From: Chloroflexota bacterium
Lineage (GTDB): Bacteria; Chloroflexota; Anaerolineae; Promineifilales; Promineifilaceae
Assembly: GCA_046484685.1 (NCBI GenBank)
Contig: JAWOIM010000197.1
Location: 1-34,789 of the forward strand
Direction of reading: 5' to 3'
DNA length: 34,789 nucleotides
Numbering within the stretch: position 1 is the stretch's first letter; the number at the start of each line of letters is the position of its first letter. This document shows positions 6,910 to 13,746 of the stretch, piece after piece. A model generated the notes under the pieces. It did no database searches, was not told where the DNA came from, and saw only the letters and a list, made by a program, of their open reading frames with translations. The position numbers and the translations under genes are program-made.

Positions 6910-8124
6910 ATGGAACTGACAGATACCCGCATCGGCATCATCTCATTCGCGTTCATGGCAGGTTTGATTGCCACGCAGACGCTGATCCAGGCTGGCCTTA
7001 TTACCGCTCTGGTCGTTGGCCTGATGCTGGCCTACGTGCGCGGCTGGCTGACCGGAATCCTGAGTTACCTGGGGCCGCTGGTCTGGCGGCTGCTGGCCTG
7101 GCTGCGCTCATTTATGGTAAAGCCAGTAGATGAAGAGGCATTGTATGACCGCTATGACATATTGCTGGGGCGCGACCCGCTGACTGGCACGCCAGATGTA
7201 GAGAACCTGTCTGACCTACAGCATGTTGGGGTTTATGGCACAACCAGGTTCGGCAAGACGACTTGGCTACGTTCCATCCTGCACCATCTCATCAGTCACC
7301 ACCGGCCGAGTGAGCTGCGCCTGGTCATTAGCGATCCCAAGCAGCTAGATTATGCCATCTATTCCAACTTATCGTTTCTGATGTGCCCCATTGCCAAAAA
7401 CAGACGCGAAACGGCCGTGGTGATCGAGATGTTGATTACCGAGATGGAACAGCGGCAGGTGTTGTTTGGCGAGTTTGCCACACGCGATCTGTGTGACAAT
7501 CTGGATCGGTATATAGAGCTAAGCGGCCAACAGCTACCGCGTGTGGTGGCCATATTTGACGAATTGGCCGATGTTGTCGAGCCTGGCAGCAAGGCCGAGG
7601 CTGATCTAATCCGCCTGGCCAAAATGGGTTTGGCGTTCGGAATCCAATTGATTCTGGGTACGCAACGGCCGTCAAGCAAGGTTGTGACTGGTGAGATCAA
7701 AAGTCAAATGTCATCGAAGCTCGTAACCTGGATGCCGACGAGCCGTGAGTATGGCGTGGTGGCGGAGATACCTAAGGAGATGTATCAGGAAATGCCGAGA
7801 CAACGAGGCCGATTTATGGCCTATACGTCGAAGGGCTGGCGCTTTATGCAGGGTCGGCAAGTGCCAGATCGTCAACTGGTGGCATTGGCACGGCGGATGA
7901 GTGGCCGGCCGCGCCGCTGGCCCAGCACACCGGCCGGCGAAACGGCCGTTTCGCCATCGCCTGAATGGGATGGTGGCGATGAGGACAAAATGGAGTTAAT
8001 CCGCCAATTTGCCGCTGAACTACATAAACGGCCGTCTATCAATGAAACGGCCGAGCGATTTGATGTGAGCCGGCCAACGGCTATTAAATACCTGAAAATG
8101 ACGCTGGGAGAGGCTGAGGGGTAA
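6910..8124 (+). CDS. FtsK/SpoIIIE-family DNA translocase ATPase with N-terminal TM helices and a C-terminal HTH
   Basis: Walker A GTTRFGKTT, Walker B VVAIFDELAD, and LILGTQRPS (the FtsK TQRP motif). N-terminal hydrophobic helices. C-terminal FDVSRPTAIKYLKM. GGGAGGA lies before ATG 6910. Confidence 0.85.
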   Translation: MELTDTRIGIISFAFMAGLIATQTLIQAGLITALVVGLMLAYVRGWLTGILSYLGPLVWRLLAWLRSFMVKPVDEEALYDRYDILLGRDPLTGTPDVENLSDLQHVGVYGTTRFGKTTWLRSILHHLISHHRPSELRLVISDPKQLDYAIYSNLSFLMCPIAKNRRETAVVIEMLITEMEQRQVLFGEFATRDLCDNLDRYIELSGQQLPRVVAIFDELADVVEPGSKAEADLIRLAKMGLAFGIQLILGTQRPSSKVVTGEIKSQMSSKLVTWMPTSREYGVVAEIPKEMYQEMPRQRGRFMAYTSKGWRFMQGRQVPDRQLVALARRMSGRPRRWPSTPAGETAVSPSPEWDGGDEDKMELIRQFAAELHKRPSINETAERFDVSRPTAIKYLKMTLGEAEG

Positions 8125-8146
8125 AGCACAGGCAAAAGGTATGTTG

Positions 8147-8235
8147 TTTTACCCCCTACCTCTGGGGTTTACCCCATTTGACTACCCTATTTGACTACCT
8201 GCTTTACTACCTGATTGACTATGAATTTGACTACC
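8147..8235 (+). repeat. Array of about seven direct repeats (TTTACCCC x2, then TTTGACTACC-type x5) directly after the FtsK-like gene
   Basis: TTTACCCC at 8148 and 8168. TTTGACTACC at 8177, 8190, 8226. TTTACTACC at 8203. ATTGACTATG at 8214. Spacing is 11-13 bp. Confidence 0.8.
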
Positions 8236-9219
8236 TGGATTCCTACGCTGATTGTGATTTTTGCGCCGCCGCTGGCCGTGCTGCTGCTGCGCCGTCGCTG
8301 GTTGGCCTGGCGTCGGGCACGCATTAGCGGCCTGCTTATATCTATGTGGCTGGTCTCGCTGATGCCGGTGTGCAGCGTCATGGTAGAGATCGTTGCGCTG
8401 ACGATTGTGGCGCATGAAGCCGCGGCTCAGGATGTTCGCACGCGAACAATGTCGGCATCTGTTCACGATGAACAGATCGCGGCGGCCGCCACGCGCCACC
8501 AGGTGGACCCGCAGTTGGTGGCGGCCATTATCGAGGTAGAGAGCGCCGGCAATGAAACGGCCGTTTCGCCGGCCGGTGCGCTGGGCATTATGCAGATTAT
8601 GCCTGATACGGCCCGGGACCTGGGTCTGCAACGGCCGTTTGATGCCGGCGACAACATCGAGGCCGGTACGCGCTATCTGGCCTGGCTGATTGATTATTTT
8701 GGGGGTGATGTGGAAACGGCCGTTATGGCCTACCACGGTGGCCCCGGCCGGCTTCAGCGCAGCGGGCCGCGAGACATTGACCGGGAATATTTGCGACTGG
8801 TGCAGGTTGCCTATGAGCGGCAGCCGGTGGGCACCGTCCGGCTGCCTTATGCGCCAGGCACGCTCTACACGGCAATGGACAATTATCCGCATGGTGATGG
8901 CAACTGGCCCGGCCGCGACTTCCTGGCCCCCTGTGGCTCGCCGCTCCTCAGCCCTCTGGACGGCTGGGTGGAACGCACCGGCCGTGATTCCTATACCGGC
9001 CCCTGGGGCAGCGAGAATACCTATTTGCTTATTACGGCCGGTGAGGTTGAGGTGATGATGATGCACGGCCGTTACTCGGTGGCGGCCGGGCAGCGGGTGC
9101 AGCAAGGCGATTTGATAGGATTTGTGGCCAATGAGGGTAACAGCTCGCAGTGTCATGATCATATATCGGTGAGAGTAAACGGCCGTTTGGTCGATATTTT
9201 AGGTTTATTAGCAGATTGA
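8215..9219 (+). CDS. Membrane-anchored bifunctional murein hydrolase (lytic transglycosylase SLT domain plus M23 peptidase domain)
   Basis: IIEVESAGN...GALGIMQIMPDTA is SLT-like. GRDFLAPCGSPLLSPLDG ... GDLIGFVANEGNSSQCHDHISV is M23-like. Hydrophobic N-terminus. The start is uncertain (TTG 8215, ATG 8221 or ATG 8449). Confidence 0.8.
   Translation: MTMNLTTWIPTLIVIFAPPLAVLLLRRRWLAWRRARISGLLISMWLVSLMPVCSVMVEIVALTIVAHEAAAQDVRTRTMSASVHDEQIAAAATRHQVDPQLVAAIIEVESAGNETAVSPAGALGIMQIMPDTARDLGLQRPFDAGDNIEAGTRYLAWLIDYFGGDVETAVMAYHGGPGRLQRSGPRDIDREYLRLVQVAYERQPVGTVRLPYAPGTLYTAMDNYPHGDGNWPGRDFLAPCGSPLLSPLDGWVERTGRDSYTGPWGSENTYLLITAGEVEVMMMHGRYSVAAGQRVQQGDLIGFVANEGNSSQCHDHISVRVNGRLVDILGLLAD
8433..8448. promoter_or_regulatory. 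Dyad TGTTCGC-AC-GCGAACA inside the hydrolase ORF, immediately before in-frame ATG 8449
   Basis: Exact reverse-orientation copy of the 16-mer found at 12031, 21304, 31445 and 34533. Confidence 0.4.
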
Positions 9220-9233
9220 AAAGGAGTATGACG

Positions 9234-10217
9234 ATGCAATATATAGGACTTGATCTCGGTTTTGGTAATATCAAAATTTTTTCAGAGCAAGGCGGCCTGG
9301 TGCTGCCCAGCCACGTGGCCACTGCCGGCCAGGCCGTGACGGTTGCGGCTGATGACGGATTGCACACCGGTAAACGCCCTGACCTGGTGGAGCTGGACGG
9401 CCATCAATTTTATGTGGGCACGGCTGCCCACAGTTGGGGGCGGCCCATCGAGGCGCTGGATTACGGCCGGCTGCACGGTGGGCCGGAAATCCGGGCACTG
9501 GTGTACGGTGCCCTTTCGGCCCACGAATGTGATGGGCCGGCCACCTTATACGTTGGGCTGCCGTTGGAGCCATTGAGCGGCGATGCAGCCAACGTGGCGG
9601 CGACGGTGGCCAGCATCCGGGAATGGCTCTGCGGCCGCCACGCCTGGCGCATTAACGGCCGTTCGCGGCAGATTGAGATCGCCGCCGTGAAAATTAGCAG
9701 CCAGCCGGCCGGCGCGTACTTTGATTACCTACTAAACAACGACGGCCGGCCGCATCCGCAGCGGGCCGGGCTGATCAAGGAGGAAGTGGGGGTGGTTTCG
9801 CTGGGATTCAACACGCTGGAACGGCTGGTATTACGTGAGGGTGAAATTGTGCAGCGATTTACGGCCGGCAGCACAAGCGGGGTACGGCGGCTGCTGACGT
9901 TGCTCAATACTCAGGGCGATTACACGCTGGGTGAATTGGATGATTTGCTGCGCTCCGGCGGGCTGCATGAGGATCGGCTGAACCCGGCCCTGGATACCTG
10001 GGGCCGTGAGGTTGTCGGTCAATTGGAGGCAACCTGGGGCACGAATTGGCGGCGTTTCGGCCGTATTCTATTGGTCGGTGGCGGTGCCTTAATCCTGAAC
10101 GGTCGTTTGATGCCAGTCTTTCGCGGCAAGGCAACATTGGCCAGCGACCCGGTATTGAGCATTGCCAAAGGGCTGTATAAGCTGGCCCTATTCCACCAAC
10201 AGCGGGGGCAGGCATGA
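9234..10217 (+). CDS. parM: Actin-like segregation ATPase (ParM/StbA family)
   Basis: MQYIGLDLGFGNIKIF (phosphate-1 motif), VGVVSLGFNTLE, ILLVGGGALIL. AAGGAG at 9221-9226 precedes ATG 9234. Confidence 0.75.
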   Translation: MQYIGLDLGFGNIKIFSEQGGLVLPSHVATAGQAVTVAADDGLHTGKRPDLVELDGHQFYVGTAAHSWGRPIEALDYGRLHGGPEIRALVYGALSAHECDGPATLYVGLPLEPLSGDAANVAATVASIREWLCGRHAWRINGRSRQIEIAAVKISSQPAGAYFDYLLNNDGRPHPQRAGLIKEEVGVVSLGFNTLERLVLREGEIVQRFTAGSTSGVRRLLTLLNTQGDYTLGELDDLLRSGGLHEDRLNPALDTWGREVVGQLEATWGTNWRRFGRILLVGGGALILNGRLMPVFRGKATLASDPVLSIAKGLYKLALFHQQRGQA

Positions 10218-10453
10218 GTGCAGGACGGCCGTCGCTGGATTGTGAGGTTCATGTGATCCGCATCGCTCTGTCTTTGCGAACCGGTGAAGACAATGACCTG
10301 ATCCAGTGGTTTGAATCGCTGCCGCCGCGGGGTCGCAGCGCGGCTGTAACTGCGGCGCTGCGATCTGGTGATGGGGTTCAGGCATTTGAAACGGAAACGG
10401 CCGAAGTTGATCCCGCAGCCCTGGAAATGGCTTTTTCCGATCTGACTTTTTAA
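10214..10453 (+). CDS. Ribbon-helix-helix protein in the ParR position
   Basis: ATGA overlap with parM. VIRIALSLRTGEDNDLIQWFESLPPRGRSAAVTAALRSG fits a beta-strand/helix/helix RHH pattern. Confidence 0.55.
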   Translation: MSAGRPSLDCEVHVIRIALSLRTGEDNDLIQWFESLPPRGRSAAVTAALRSGDGVQAFETETAEVDPAALEMAFSDLTF

Positions 10454-10463
10454 TAGGGAATGT

Positions 10464-10500
10464 TTGTTACAAAAAATAAGATAGTAATTTTTTGTAACAA
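10464..10500. repeat. AT-rich inverted repeat after the parMR-like pair (terminator or operator)
   Basis: TTGTTACAAAAAAT (10464-10477) / ATTTTTTGTAACAA (10487-10500), 9-nt loop. Confidence 0.6.
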
Positions 10501-10514
10501 CTCAGGATGGCAAC

Positions 10515-10730
10515 ATGAAACGAATGACAGATGATTACGTCCACATTCGCCATAGAATGACGTTGAAACCATCACATGATTACATGCGATTATTGGAAGC
10601 CCTGGCCGAATTCTGCCGGCATAATCCAACTGTGTCAGAGCATTTGGATTGGTTTCTCCGAGCGTATGCTGATGAGGACTGGGCCAGCGCCAGCGCCAAA
10701 CAGAAGGAAGGATTAAATGAACATCTTTAA
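10515..10730 (+). CDS. Hypothetical protein
   Basis: ORF with an AGGATGG upstream purine run; no motif recognised. Confidence 0.55.
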   Translation: MKRMTDDYVHIRHRMTLKPSHDYMRLLEALAEFCRHNPTVSEHLDWFLRAYADEDWASASAKQKEGLNEHL

Positions 10731-10899
10731 TTTACTCTGGTTTATCGTCGGCTGCGCCAGTGGCTATGTGGCGACATTGATGATCATATTTATTATGACG
10801 GTGGATAGAGACGGCCGTTTGCCCTACGAACCGCCGGCCATTAAATGTGAGTATATGATCGGTGTCAATGGCCAAAACGGAGAAAGTCATGAACGATGA
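10717..10899 (+). CDS. Small membrane protein
   Basis: MNIFNLLWFIVGCASGYVATLMIIFIMTV is one TM helix. Overlaps neighbours at both ends. Confidence 0.55.
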   Translation: MNIFNLLWFIVGCASGYVATLMIIFIMTVDRDGRLPYEPPAIKCEYMIGVNGQNGESHER

Positions 10900-11227
10900 A
10901 TCTAAATTAGCCTGGATACTACGCCAGTTGATTACCAGCGAAACGCCAAAGAAACGGCCGTTACCGCACGGGTTGGCACTCTCCTGGCATCCCGCTGGTG
11001 ACGACGGCATTTGTGAATTATGGATTGGGAGGCGTGACAGCCAGCCGTCCGAGCAGGAAGATCGAACTGTGCTGGGCGAATTGGCCGCGGCCGCCAAAGC
11101 AGAAGGTCTGACAATCGCTGAGATGCGAATGTCACCGGGTCAGCATATTCGAGGCCGGCGCGGGTCATATGGCGTCACCATTTTTCGCTTTCGCCTATAC
11201 AAGCAACCGCCATTGCCATTGAGTTAA
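10889..11227 (+). CDS. Hypothetical protein
   Basis: GGAGA lies 5 nt before ATG 10889 (ORF-track start GTG 10862). Confidence 0.6.
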   Translation: MNDESKLAWILRQLITSETPKKRPLPHGLALSWHPAGDDGICELWIGRRDSQPSEQEDRTVLGELAAAAKAEGLTIAEMRMSPGQHIRGRRGSYGVTIFRFRLYKQPPLPLS

Positions 11228-11233
11228 TGTGTA

Positions 11234-11251
11234 ATGTTTGCACGCAAACAT
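11234..11251. promoter_or_regulatory. 8-2-8 dyad ATGTTTGC-AC-GCAAACAT, 2 nt upstream of the parB-like Shine-Dalgarno
   Basis: Perfect arms. GGAGGA at 11254-11259, ATG at 11263. The outer TGTTT/AAACA matches canonical parS TGTTTCACGTGAAACA. Confidence 0.55.
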
Positions 11252-11262
11252 ACGGAGGAATT

Positions 11263-11922
11263 ATGAGCCTTTACGACATACCCTTATCTATCATCCGAGA
11301 TAACCCCTGGCAAACACGCCTGGCCATCGACCCCGATCACGTTGCCGAATTGGCGGCTGACATCAAACGCAATGGTCTGCTGCAGCCGGCCGTGGGCCGC
11401 GTTGTCTTCGACACGGCTGCCGAATTCCGCATTTTGTCCACTGACGATGTGAAAAAGCTAAACGAGACCGATATGTTGGGCAGCCAGCGAGGGATATACG
11501 TGCAGCTGGCCCTGGGCCACAATCGCCGGGCTGCGTTTGGCGTGCTGGCCGCTGACGAGCCGGACAAATACGGCCGTCTCCCCATCCAGATCGGCTACTA
11601 CACTGACGAGCAAATGGCCAAGATGGCCTGGTCCGAAAATGAGCAGCGCCTGGACTTATCGCCGCTGGAAGAGGCCCAGGCCATCCAGAAGGCCATGACC
11701 GACTTCGGTTGGTCCCAGGCCGCGGCCGGTGAGAATTTCGGCCTCGGCCGCGCCACCGTCGCCAATAAGCTACGCCTGCTCAAATTGCCAAGCGAGGTTC
11801 GGGAGCAGCTCCACAGCGGCCAGATCAGCGCCCGCCAGGCGTCGGCAATGCTGCCACTCTACAGCCTGCCCGAATCGGCCCTAAGCTGGGCTGAAGACAT
11901 TCACTCTCGGCTTCCGGAATGA
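11263..11922 (+). CDS. ParB/Srx-fold N-terminal domain protein with HTH (ParB-like partition/regulatory protein)
   Basis: NGLLQPAVGRVV and LALGHNRRAAF (ParB N-domain motifs), then GLGRATVANKLRLLKLPSEV (HTH). GGAGGA RBS. The ORF-track start 11227 overlaps the dyad. Confidence 0.75.
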   Translation: MSLYDIPLSIIRDNPWQTRLAIDPDHVAELAADIKRNGLLQPAVGRVVFDTAAEFRILSTDDVKKLNETDMLGSQRGIYVQLALGHNRRAAFGVLAADEPDKYGRLPIQIGYYTDEQMAKMAWSENEQRLDLSPLEEAQAIQKAMTDFGWSQAAAGENFGLGRATVANKLRLLKLPSEVREQLHSGQISARQASAMLPLYSLPESALSWAEDIHSRLPE

Positions 11923-12027
11923 GCAGGCAGCCATCGTGTGCCTATGCTGTGGCCTCGGCTCAGCCAACATCGGCGACATTGAGAGCCGATATTGTGGCTT
12001 TTGTAATGCGTTCCATTAACAACAAGA

Positions 12028-12047
12028 GGTGTTCGCGTGCGAACACC
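12028..12047. promoter_or_regulatory. 9-2-9 dyad GGTGTTCGC-GT-GCGAACACC downstream of the parB-like gene
   Basis: Contains the recurring 16-mer TGTTCGCGTGCGAACA. Confidence 0.55.
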
Positions 12048-12079
12048 CCGGCAAATTTGCCGGGGTAATGTTTGATTTT
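12046..12079 (+). terminator. Perfect 20-bp palindrome CCCCGGCAAATTTGCCGGGG followed by T-rich sequence (likely terminator of the partition/early operon)
   Basis: 8-bp GC stem with an AATT loop, then TAATGTTTGATTTT. Confidence 0.5.
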
Positions 12080-12099
12080 GGCTAACCAAATTCAAACAT
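12068..12099. repeat. Imperfect 14-4-14 inverted repeat ATGTTTGATTTTGG-CTAA-CCAAATTCAAACAT
   Basis: 13 of 14 arm positions pair. The outer ATGTTTG/CAAACAT equals the arms of the 11234 dyad. Confidence 0.6.
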
Positions 12100-12127
12100 G
12101 ATTATCCTCATGAATATAGGTGTGATT

Positions 12128-12180
12128 AAAGCCCATGATTAAACCCTATGATCCGCTCATAGGGTTTAATCATGGGCTTT
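12128..12180. repeat. Perfect 24-bp-arm inverted repeat with a 5-nt loop
   Basis: AAAGCCCATGATTAAACCCTATGA (12128-12151), TCCGC, TCATAGGGTTTAATCATGGGCTTT (12157-12180). Confidence 0.85.
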
Positions 12181-12240
12181 ACCTCTGGATGCTGCCCGCA
12201 CTACTATTAGCAGGTGGCTATGCTTCCGTAATTGTGTATA

Positions 12241-12615
12241 ATGTACACTATGTATACGAACGGCCGTTCTTATATCCGCACTACCGACCACAGCCGGGCT
12301 GCAACCTGGCAACGGATTTTCGGCACCGACCGTCTCCCGGTCCGGGCTGACCAGCCGCGTTGGATTTGTGACCGCGCCGGCGAACGGCTGGTCTACGATC
12401 TCGATATGTCCCAAATGCCGGGGCCAGCCGTCCACTGTTTGGCGGCACATGTGGCACGCCTGGCACGGCAGCCATACATGTTAGTGCTGTCGGATATTGA
12501 GTCGAGGGGATTCTGGGTGGATGCAGCAGACTGTTGGGTGGAAGAGGAAACGGCCGTAGATAAACGGCCGTTTTTTCTTTACCCTGATTTTGTGGGGGGC
12601 TATGCCTATGCCTAA
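12241..12615 (+). CDS. Hypothetical protein (first gene of the late block; start uncertain)
   Basis: ORF 12232..12615 has ATGs at 12241 and 12250, just after a TATAAT at 12236-12241. No SD. Its end overlaps the HNH gene. Confidence 0.5.
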   Translation: MYTMYTNGRSYIRTTDHSRAATWQRIFGTDRLPVRADQPRWICDRAGERLVYDLDMSQMPGPAVHCLAAHVARLARQPYMLVLSDIESRGFWVDAADCWVEEETAVDKRPFFLYPDFVGGYAYA

Positions 12616-13015
12616 GCGGGCACAACGGCCGTGTAAAGCGTTGGGGTGTGGCAACCTGGTCGATGCGGGCTATTGTCCGGATCATGAGGGGGCTAATGGG
12701 CCAACGGTGTACGATGAGCAACGGCCGTCGGCCGCCAGGCGTGGCTACGACCACACTTGGCGAAAGCTGCGACGCATGATACTGAGGAGACATCCATTGT
12801 GTGCCGACCCTGATGGCGTCCACGCCGCAAGGGGGGCCGTGGTACGGGCCACGGACGTGGACCACATCACACCATTGGCAGATGGTGGAACCAACAACAC
12901 AAACAACCTACAACCGCTCTGCCACTCATGTCACAGCAGGAAAACGGCAGTGGAGTCGAGCGGCTGGGGCGGCAGGGGTAGGGGGGAGTCAGAATTTATC
13001 GTCGGCCGAAGCTAG
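12602..13015 (+). CDS. HNH endonuclease (terminase-associated type)
   Basis: CPDHEG...RRGYDHTWRKLRR...DVDHITPLADGGTNNTNNLQPLCHSCHSRKT. Positioned immediately upstream of terS/terL as in HK97-like cos phages. Confidence 0.85.
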   Translation: MPMPKRAQRPCKALGCGNLVDAGYCPDHEGANGPTVYDEQRPSAARRGYDHTWRKLRRMILRRHPLCADPDGVHAARGAVVRATDVDHITPLADGGTNNTNNLQPLCHSCHSRKTAVESSGWGGRGRGESEFIVGRS

Positions 13016-13083
13016 ACCGTTCGGGTGGTAAAATTATTTCGGCCGCGAATTAGCCGAAAAACCCGCAAAGGTATATAACAGTT

Positions 13084-13569
13084 ATGTCAACTCCTGGCAG
13101 GAAACCTAAACCAACTCGATTGAAGGAAGCCCAGGGCAACCCTGGGAAACGGCCGTTACCGAAACGAGAGCCGAAACCACAGACGGAAGTCAAGCGGCCC
13201 TGGGGTCTGGGGCAGGGGGAACAGCGGAAGTTCTGGGACCAGCACGCCGGCGAGTTGGAGCGGCTGGGGGTGCTGACGGGGGTGGACACGGCTGCCTTCC
13301 GGCTGATGGCTGAGCATTATGCGTTTGCGGTGCAGGCCGCGAAGGAATTGAGGGCGGAGGGAACGCTGACAGTGGAGGGCCGGGAGGGGCCAAAGAAACA
13401 CCCGTTGCTTCAGGCGCTGCGTGACAACAGCCTGGCCTTCAAGGCGTATGCGACCGAATTCGGGATGACGCCCTCCAGCCGGGCGAGGTTGCACTTGCCG
13501 CCGGAAGCGGAGCAGCTCAGTATAGCGGATGCGCTCTTCCGGGCGGTGGAGGAAGCGATTGATGAGTGA
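13084..13569 (+). CDS. terS: Terminase small subunit (P27 family)
   Basis: GRKPKPTRLKEAQGNPGKRPLPKREP ... GVLTGVDTAAFRLMAEHYA ... FGMTPSSRARL. Confidence 0.85.
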   Translation: MSTPGRKPKPTRLKEAQGNPGKRPLPKREPKPQTEVKRPWGLGQGEQRKFWDQHAGELERLGVLTGVDTAAFRLMAEHYAFAVQAAKELRAEGTLTVEGREGPKKHPLLQALRDNSLAFKAYATEFGMTPSSRARLHLPPEAEQLSIADALFRAVEEAIDE

Positions 13570-13744
13570 TAGGAATTTGCAGGTTGAGGTTGTGATGAAT
13601 GATATGCCGAAGATGACGATGGATGTAACGATCAGGGTGCAGCATGGGTGGCGGCTGCGACTGCGGTTGTGGCTGGGAACGTGGCTGCTTGGTTTGGCGG
13701 CGCGGGTGTTGAATTCTGAGATTGAGATCGTCATCGAGGAGTGA
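13562..13744 (+). CDS. Small hypothetical protein with a hydrophobic segment
   Basis: ATG 13562 overlaps the terS stop. LWLGTWLLGLAARVL. The stop overlaps the terL start region. Confidence 0.45.
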   Translation: MSDRNLQVEVVMNDMPKMTMDVTIRVQHGWRLRLRLWLGTWLLGLAARVLNSEIEIVIEE

Positions 13745-13746
13745 TA

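Noticed and set aside
12081-12092. Shared 12-mer GCTAACCAAATT at 12081-12092 and 34426-34437
   Set aside because: In 35 kb, dozens of 12-mer pairs are expected to match by chance (n^2/2 divided by 4^12). There is no extended similarity around them.
12135-12350. ORF 12135..12350 (+, 71 aa) and ORF 12166..12450 (-)
   Set aside because: The first starts inside the perfect 24-bp-arm inverted repeat and has no RBS. Both overlap the better-supported ORF ending at 12615. They are most likely non-coding.
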